From: the human T2T-CHM13v2.0 reference genome, Homo sapiens
Assembly: GCF_009914755.1 (NCBI RefSeq)
Contig: NC_060942.1
Direction: 5' to 3' (one strand)
DNA length: 64,000 nucleotides
Part shown: in pieces, positions 55,173 through 64,000 of the stretch
Layout: every line of letters starts with the position of its first letter
Numbering within the stretch: the stretch's first letter is position 1
Notes under the pieces: generated by a model
Seen by the model: the letters and a program-made list of their open reading frames with translations, nothing else
What the model was told of the DNA's origin: nothing
Databases searched by the model: none
Position numbers and translations under genes: made by a program

Positions 55173-58100
55173 TCAACTGCTTCTTATTTGAGAAAGACAC
55201 AACACAAACTTTCTGAGTCCTACTTTTCTCATTTGTAAAATGGGAGACTTCAACTTAAATAATGTCTAAAGTTTCCTTTAGCTTACTATCTATCTATCTA
55301 TTAATAAAGGAAAAAATTGGATATATATTTACTTTCAAGGCCACTGAATTTGCATATTTAATTAAAATTAAAGTGAGGATTTAAGCATCACTCTGCAAAT
55401 GGAAGAATATAGGTAGAGGTTTTAAAGCTCCCATTTACAAACCCAACAATAATTTTAAAGGATAAGAAAATAGAGGCTTGTAGGAAAATTAGATACATCA
55501 TTTATATTTAACTTTGCCACTGAAACTGGTCAAGGTAAAGCTTAATAAATTTAAAGGTTTAGAATATTTACTTTTTCATGACAAATAATGACATTCAAAA
55601 CGTGATGATAAAATAATTTAGGAGGTGAAATGGGACCAATTACTGCATTTCTTTGGGAAGTTGAAATCCTGAGGTAGAAAGTGAACTTTAATTTGCTTCT
55701 AAAATTAGATTTGGATTTTGTTTAGAAAACCTCCCTGTGTTTGTTCATGAATCTCATAGAACTAAAAGGTTTAACTAGAAAAGGTAGCACTGATAACAAT
55801 AGTGATTCTTCAAGAATTTTCCATTTATTATTATGTTGGTTGGGGCCACGACAACGTGATGAAATGATGTAGCACAAATAAGTGGAAACCAACAAGGCCT
55901 CCTGCAGTTGGAATTCTGATCAGAGAGATGATAGGAAGTTCCGCTGATTGCATTCATTTAAATGCATAAGGACAATATTATATCATGTTATTTATTGCCA
56001 AGTGAAAGCTGCGATTATTCATGTCAAAAGTAAAAGAGAATCAGAAGAAGGAGGAGGAATTATAGCAAAAAGAGAAGAGAGGGTAAATATTTACATGTAA
56101 ACAAGAGACATAGAGTAACTGAATTCCTTTGTGTCCTGCCCACAGTAAAACGACAAAGAATACATCAAGAAGTAAAAATAGACCTAACATGCAATCACTT
56201 AGAATGAATTCACATGATAGAATCTGCAATTAAGCCATGGAACTTGCCACTACAAGATTTTCTTCAAATAGATAGATTAGAAAGGTTAGATTTGGTAAAC
56301 AGAGTTTATATAAAAATTTCAATGTCTGGAATTTGGACCAACAAAAACCATATCAAGCAAACAAATAAAACACAAATGACATCAGCTTCCAGGGAATAGG
56401 TTTATATCTTTTAGGATGTGCAAAGAATATCCCTAATTTGGAACATTAAGTATTCCCAGGTCATTTCCATTTTCTGGGCACTACACTAAATCTAGCACCC
56501 CTTACCATGCCCTCGCCATTAGTATTCGGTCACCAAAGAATTCTTATATCTTCAGCCTAACTACAGAGCTCTATGTAACCAGAGTTCACAGCCTTCTCTA
56601 CTGACACCTCGTGTAATCCTGAATTAATCCCTAGTAGTTTCCTTAAATCCCTCTTCAGCCCTGGGTAAGTGAGGACAAGAGACAGTAAAATGTAGGTTAT
56701 TACAGTTCATGTTTCCTCATCTATATGCATGAACTGGCAAGGCCAATGGAAATTTGGATTATCATTGTATGGCAAGGGAGAATAATTAATGTAACACGCC
56801 AGTCCACATGACTGCTTTCTTCTCATACTTATGTCACTTTGGGATTGGTTAATTGTAAATCAACTGTTGCAAACACAGTAGTGGGAGGGATGTCTGAGTT
56901 AATGTGAAGAAGAAAACAATGGTGAGTAGAGCCTTAATTATGGATGACTCTTGGTAATTCCAAGAAGATTATCCAGTATGTGTGTCACGTGGGTCCCTTG
57001 CCTTTTACCTATTGACCATTTCACCACTTGAAAGTACTTTATATCCTCAGTAGGTAAGAAATAGAAAGGATATGGGATTCAAAATATTCAGCCTATGAAC
57101 ACTGCAATTAGAATATGGAGAACAGGGAATCCATTTGTAGGCTCATTTTTTTTTTATATTAACAACAACCTTCTCCTTCAGAAAGTTCACCACAACTGCT
57201 AAATCAAAATTAAATTTCAGGGATTTTCTGCAACTTTACTTTTCTCTATGATTATTCTACTCATAAACAATCATGGAGGTGAGCAATAACTACTTTATTC
57301 GATTTTGGATAAGTTAACAGGACCCCCTTCTTCCTGGGAAAGAGGCAAAATTGCACAAAATTGAGAGGCGAGCAACTGTAAGATGATGGTACCTTCTAAT
57401 TCCAATAGCTTTTTACAATAGAGAACCCAGTTACTTGGATAAATGTTGGCTGTACTTTTGAAAACACTCAGGCAGAAGGACCAGGCTTGCAGTCATTTCC
57501 ATGCATAGCAGGTGAAGGTAGGTGCAACATACAGCTCAACCTCATGATGCTACGGCCAGAAACTGAAATGTGTTTTTGCCCCTGTGTGGCATGTTCTGAT
57601 GGCAAAGGTGTAGGCAACCAACTGGGCCCAACCTACCTTTCCCTACACCTGGTCACTTTTCAAAGTGCAAACCCACTTTAACAAACTCTAGCCTGTATTA
57701 TAGGAGGAAGGATCTGGGTGGTGCAGACGTGGCTTTCCATTGCCAGATCAGAAGGGTGGAGGAGAGGCTGGCAGGATGACAAGAATGAATGAACACACCA
57801 AGTTTCAGCTCCTATCTGAAGCTGCTCAGTTCAGGTAAGCATTTAGAGAAGCCAGTTGCAATAACTAACAGGGCAAATGTTTCTCTGGAAAATTCCAAGC
57901 CAGAGAAAATTGAGAAAAAGAGGGAAGGATGGAAAGCAGTACAAAGAGAAGCCAGCTCAAAAGGTTAGAGGTCCAGATGAAAATCTGAGATTGGAGAATG
58001 ATAAAAAACATTGTGTGAGATTCTATTTTAGGTCATTATGCTAGGGAAATTTACACAGGATAGGGTTGAAAGAAATTAGGCTATAAGATGAGTGGCAAGT

Positions 58101-58319
58101 TGCAATAAAATGGCACCCTAAACTCACCAAGTCACTGTTGTCACTGCTATCTTGCCTTAGTTGATTTGATGTCTAGTTAGTCTATTTGTGTGTTTCTCAC
58201 AGAAGAGTATGTTTTGACCCAGGCTGACAGATACTGTTGATTCTGAAATTTGTTTTTATGGTTATGTTAAAACCATTGTCATTATAAGAAACAGAGATGG
58301 GAATATTGCCTCCTGAAAT

Positions 58320-58442
58320 CTGATTCACATACAAACTGAATGAACTACATAACAACCACCTTAGTCAGATACTATTTTGAAACCTGGTTCAAAACCTAAA
58401 TGCTTATAAGATTCTTGAGAGACAGTGCTGTGCTCTGAGTCA
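58320..58442 (+). promoter_or_regulatory. SERPINB7: SERPINB7 (megsin) proximal promoter: AP-1-like CTGATTCAC 58320-58328, TATA-like TATAAGA 58405-58411, consensus AP-1 TGAGTCA 58436-58442
   Basis: Motifs read directly. I recall CTGATTCAC at about -120 as the described megsin AP-1 element, which would put +1 near 58440, consistent with the TATA-like spacing. Confidence 0.75.
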
Positions 58443-58773
58443 TAGGGAAGCCATCCCAGAAGCCAGGTCTACTCATCAATAAGCAGCTGCCTGTGCAGAG
58501 TGCAGGCTGCACCTTTGGACAGCCTTTAAAACTGAATTCTCAGAATTTTAGAACAAATTTTTGTCTAGAAATGCTGACTTTGGTTCATTAGGTAGTGGTA
58601 AAACAGGCTCCCTTCGAAGCTCTCCTTCATCACCTTCCTAAGTGCATGGGGGAAAATACCTAGGGCTCAACAGTCTTGAGAAGTGTGGAAACATTTTCTT
58701 TGTGAGTGAGAACAGATCACCTAGAGAAAGGAAACCAGATTCCCATCACTGCTTCTGGGTATCAGATGCTAGC
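58440..58773 (+). other. SERPINB7: SERPINB7 main non-coding first exon (5' end approximate)
   Basis: Recognised megsin 5'UTR ending ...gggtatcagatgctagc, then a GTGAGT donor at 58774-58779. Gene order SERPINB11 then SERPINB7 fits. Confidence 0.8.
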
Positions 58774-59239
58774 GTGAGTACACTGTTGATTTGCTTATCC
58801 AATTATTGATTTACATTATTGCTCTTATCTTCTGTTGTAGGCAAGAGGTAAGTTCACTAACGAATCTCAAGGAAGATGTAAATGGCCAATGATCATGCTC
58901 AGAGGCCTGAAATCTCTCCAGGTCGCCTCCTTGGAGGGATGCTTTTCTGGTGGGGCAGCTTGTATCACCATACACAAATGTGCTTGGGTTTGGATTCTGC
59001 TGGAGAGAACACTGTGACCCGTGGTCTCTTCCTTGGGCCATGTCAGTCAGTCTTGGACTTATTTTGCATCCTATTCTTTACCTCACTGATGCCTGTGTAT
59101 CCTTGGCTTGGTGTCCCAGCCCATTGTCCATCAAAACCTGCTATCAGGAATAGATCAATTATCAGTTATACACAATGCGCCATGACCCTATCCCAGAGGC
59201 ATTAGGTCATTTGGCTTCATGTTTTTTTTGTTGTTGCTG

Positions 59240-59530
59240 TTGAGTTTTAAAATAATGAAATATAATGTAGCTACATAAAGATGAATTCAATAGATGCATA
59301 CAATTTAATAATAGAACATCACCAGAACCTCTAAAACCTCCCTCCCCATTCTTTCACCAACAAAACCTCCCCACCCACTAGGGGTAACTAAAGCAGTTAT
59401 ATCCGTGGCTTAGTCTATCCACCCATGTAAGCATCCATTAAAAAACAGTTTAGTCTGGTTTGATCTTTTCATGAAGGGCATCTTACTGTGTGTATTCTTT
59501 CGTGCCTGATTTATTTGCCTTCTAAACCTT
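59240..59530 (-). mobile_element. Old L1M 3' fragment
   Basis: atagaacatcaccagaacctc...catcttactgtgtgtattctttcgtgcctg. Confidence 0.5.
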
Positions 59531-60935
59531 ACTTCTATCAGTGGCGTGGGAGCTGATGGCTACTGCTGTGGTGATTTCAGACAGTCTTGAGAAGATGAGG
59601 GTAGAGTTTTGTGGTCAGAAACCTTCTTGTGTGCCTTAAGATAGTGCGAATTGAAAGACCATGTCCTGGTATGAAGCATAGTTTTTGGGTATACTAGATA
59701 AACCAAGGTCTGTGAGAAGCTCTGGTAGACAAAGGGAAGAAGTGGGTCCCAATGGACGTCTAACAAGGACTGGGGGGTTTAAATCATTAAGACTATGATA
59801 ATTTTATCCACAGTTCATCTATAAAGTGTACTATGATATACTTTTCACAATGTAAGCTTTCTCTGGAGTTAATAATTATCAAATTTGCTCATTTTTTGGA
59901 TATTTGTTTGGTTTCTAAGTTCCTATCACTAATGTATTTCTTTTCTGATGGGGGTAGATATCCCTCTCCATGTGTTCAATATATTCTAACGCATCTCTCT
60001 CTCTGATAGCATATTCACCTTAGAGAGCTTCAAACAGTCAGCATACTCAATTTTAGCATTAATCATACAACGAAAATAAAGGCAGTATGGGCAAACACTT
60101 GTGGGAAATAATGTGTAAGATAAAGTCAGAAACACTATGTGAGGTACAACCCTACTTCTCTTGAGAGGGACAGCTCACCTGCCTCCCTTAAATACAATGT
60201 TCCCCAAATACAGCATAAATACCATGTTAGTGATTATACACATACATAGCAACACACACATATATATATGTGTGTGTGTACTAATGAAAATGTAATTGGT
60301 GTGAATTTTTATTTTATGGATGAGAAAAGGCCCACTCTATTCTATAGCACTTTGCTTTCTTCACCTCTCTGGGACTGCAGTGCTACTCCTCTATGACAGT
60401 TGAATTTATAGATGTCAGAATATGAATTATTCCAGGTGGGGCTCGGTCATATTCATCAAATACCAAAATCAGAGCAGGGAGGAATCAAATAAACAATAAC
60501 AAAAATCAGTAACTACATTTCCACATGTAAGAAGTGCCAGTTGTGCCTTAATGTAAGGATATTTAAATTTACTACATAAAAATACTATGTGATACTAAAT
60601 ATCAAATGAAATAACATTTCATGCTAAAATTTGATTCATTAAAAATATCTATTTGACTACTTTGAATTAGAGCTATAGCTAATATTCTACAGACTTCTTT
60701 TAAATTGCTCTATAAAGCATCTGAATATATTTATTTTAATGACATTATTTAAAACTATCATGGCCATCATAAAAAAAAAAGTAGGGAGTGTCTGAGTCAG
60801 AGGCTTTATATTTCAGAGTAATGCAAAGAACTCTTTCAGACTCACCCAACCAGCGGCCAACTTCCTCTATGAAGACAGTAAGGTAAATACTTCTGAAGTC
60901 CATAATTTAAAGTCTGGCCAGATCCTTTGAAAAAA

Positions 60936-60992
<57 letters not shown>

Positions 60993-61005
60993 AGAGAGAG
61001 AGAGA
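60936..61005. repeat. (CA)n(GA)n microsatellite in SERPINB7 intron 1
   Basis: Direct reading. Confidence 0.93.
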
Positions 61006-64000
61006 GAAATAAATCTTGGTTACTTTGTGTCTGAGACATTAAACTCATCACACAACATCCAGATCGGATAATGGTCCTCTTGTCTGCTTCTCCACCTTAC
61101 AGCTTGTCTATGACTGATTTAAGTGGTGTCATGGGAGAATGGCATGGGAATCGGATGCCAGCTGAAAAATTTGTGTTCCATCTTTGAAGAGATAAGTAGG
61201 GATTATGTGCAAATCTAGATTCTATATTTCCTGTGTTCTTATTTAAGGCATTATAGGTTGGAATATACTAGATTTTGAGATTAGAATTGAACTCTTTTAA
61301 GTGCATAATATACTAATTTGATTAGAGGTTGATCAAAATTTGAAACTATGTTTTTAAAAGAAATACAAAGATTTTAAAATATTTCTTCCAAGAGTATCTG
61401 TATAGCATCGTATTTGACTTATTGATAAGAATAAAAATTAATCACATTCAAGGGATTATTCATTTCTTTCCTATATGTATATCCTAATTCAGTAAATATA
61501 AAAGCTTTTTTAAAAAATAATGTGTCATGAACTATAATTAATTTTCTATATACAGGCAAAAGTATCCTAAGACTAGATAATACTTTTATCAAGCATTTAA
61601 GGCACATAATTTATCAGTTAGGTGTAATAAGTTTAGGTCCATAAAATAGTATCATAACTTTATGTTTTATTGAATGTGTTTTGTGCCTGAATTTTCTTAT
61701 GCTTTATTTAAAAACTACTTTTTGCTTTTTATTAAACTTTAAAAAGAAGGTTTAGTGAGAAAATATCTATTTTTATTGTTGTTTTGATGCTAATAATATA
61801 TTAGCTAAAGGATGAAAGGGATAAAAAAGTTCTCAGATTGAAATAGACCATAAGGAATCAAATAGGCTTCAGGCTGCCATGGACTTTTAGACCCTCAAGT
61901 CTGAAGTTTGGGATGTAAAAACATCCATGAGTACGTGCTAATTTGTGTTAACTTTAAAATTATAAATTAATTGCATGCTTGTTTGTTAAGCTAAAATATT
62001 TATGCAAGAAACATAAGAATATAGTATATTTTTAGCAAAATGAAAAATCAGACTTTAAAGCCAAGTTCTTTTATGATTTGAAAAGAACTTTCCTGCATTG
62101 CCATGTCCAGACAATGAAATACTGGGTGGTGTCACACTGACATCTTCTTTAGGTAGCTTTAATGTGGTTGTTTTCCTTTTCAATTTCCTTAGTTATTTAA
62201 CTGGGACTCAAGTCAATTGGTAGCTGTTGGTGGCTGTTGGTGGCTTGCCTGAACTTAGTTTATTTTTGTTAATGTTTTATCTATTTAAGTTGCTTTGAAA
62301 GTATTTATAGGGAAAGGAAAAATCACAGTTTTGGTCTCATGCTAATTTTTATTTATGTGTCACCTGATGAAAACTTGGAGGTATAAAACAATCAGTTCAG
62401 TCTTAAATATAATTGTTTATTTGCCAATAAGAATCAGACTTTATATCAGAAGAGGAGAAACAAATCTTACTTTTATTCCTGGAACTTAAACAGTGCACCT
62501 GCATAGAGAAAGATAATAAAAATAATTATGTGAAATGGAACATACTTTTTGGTATTTATTTTAAGCATACATGAACATGTCTGTACAAGAATGTTAAAGT
62601 ATATGCTAGTTAGTATCACCTATCATTTTAAGAGTTATGACTTGAGAATTCATAATTATCTAGGAATGTCTTGGCTCATGTTTCTCTGTCGTGATTTTTT
62701 TTTTCTAGTATGGTTTCTCTGCCATAAAACTTACCTAAGCTAAACATTTATGTACTCTGTATCCTGAATGAATACATTCTTGTGTAGCTTCTCTTTTGTT
62801 CAATAAGATTATAATTTCATCAATAATTTACCATGGAAATAGGAAGCCTGAAATTTTAGAAAATGAAAATTTGTGATTGGTGCTTAGAAAGTAATTAAAG
62901 AATACTATTCAAAAGTATAATTTTTTTTTGCCCCAAAGGATAAAATAGTAAGGCATAATTTGTAAAACAACAAGAAGAATTGGAACTTGAACAAAGAAAA
63001 ATGTATCTTAAAGTATATTTTTGCACTTTGGGAAATGATAGCTTCCAGACCCCCATTGGCCCGTGCAAGCAGGTTTCTAAACAGGGTCATTTAAAAACCT
63101 TTCAGGTCTTATTTTAAAAACTCTAACTCACATTTTATGAAAACATTAAAATACACCCAATCTTCTATTAAATATATTTTTCACTGTAAATACTTTGAAA
63201 GGATTAATATGACTTTGCTTTTGAAGTTACTTTCCCAAGAACAATTCATTTCATTTACTACTGTCTGATTTTCGGCAACCAGCATGAAGCCTTGGAAATT
63301 CTTTAGGATGGAGAGAATCTAGCACACAATTTCCTTCTAAAATTAATGAAATTCTTATGAATACTAAATAGAAAAATCAGCATAGATTTCATTTTCATAT
63401 ATTTAATTGTAAACTTGTTAATTTTGATCTTATTTTTTCATATTTTAGAAGGAATACTTATCTTTAGGTCAAAAATATGAATTGAATCCCTTAAACATTT
63501 GAGGGCCTTTAGCACTGCTAGTATCACTCACTGTATAAAGCTGCCCTTTTCCTGCCAACTCGCATCCTGTATACCTAGTCCTAACTTTCATTGTTTCTCG
63601 TCTCCTTTGTTGCAAAGAGTTTCTCCTGTAGCTTTAATCACAATTGCCACAACTTTTTACCCGGGATTGCTTGGATTAGATATAAAATCAACATACATTT
63701 TTTTCTGGGTAACTTTTGAAAGAACATAGGTGTTCTTTCTTAGAGTAAAGATATGTGGGGTGTGAATGATTTTCTCACCTTATGTGCCTAGGGTGTAACT
63801 GAGGAGTATGACTTATAACGAATTCTATATAGCTGAATTTGACCCTGAAAAACAGCATCATGTAGGGTGTCATGCCTCAGTGGTGTTCTCTGTGCTTGGA
63901 ATTCCAAAGAGCAGAGTATGGGTCCCTCAGGGACATTCTTTCTGGAAATGTTTGCTGTCTTTTAGGACAGAACAGGCTATTACCACTTCACAGAGAATAG

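Noticed and set aside
58774-64000. SERPINB7 coding exons or an extra serpin pseudogene
   Set aside because: I saw no serpin-like peptide here or in the intergenic region; the first coding exon must lie beyond the window.

Overview
This is human genomic DNA (a human-specific AluYb8 is present), recognisable as part of the 18q21.33 clade-B serpin cluster. It holds the last three coding exons and 3' UTR of SERPINB11 (+ strand, about 3.1-7.0 kb). A repeat-dense intergenic region follows, then non-coding first exons and promoters of SERPINB7/megsin (+ strand): a probable distal one near 36.1 kb, the main one at about 58.44-58.77 kb and a candidate near 60.85 kb. No SERPINB7 coding exon lies in the window. 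Most of the rest is L1, L2, Alu, MIR, MaLR/ERVL LTR, DNA-transposon and microsatellite sequence, and nearly all ORFs in the supplied track are spurious. I found no CRISPR array, RNA gene or convincing new multi-gene system. The most notable unexplained structures are: (1) an old ~265-bp inverted duplication that copies an L1/unique junction 10 kb away; (2) a 193-bp, ~97%-identical locally templated copy of a neighbouring L1 segment; (3) a ~200-bp TSD-flanked, polyadenylated retrocopy of an unidentified transcript; (4) a sense-oriented intact THE1A whose 5' LTR keeps a DUX4 motif and a splice donor upstream of the SERPINB7 coding exons; (5) uORFs confined to one SERPINB7 first exon. Repeat subfamily calls are by eye and boundaries of old repeats are approximate.
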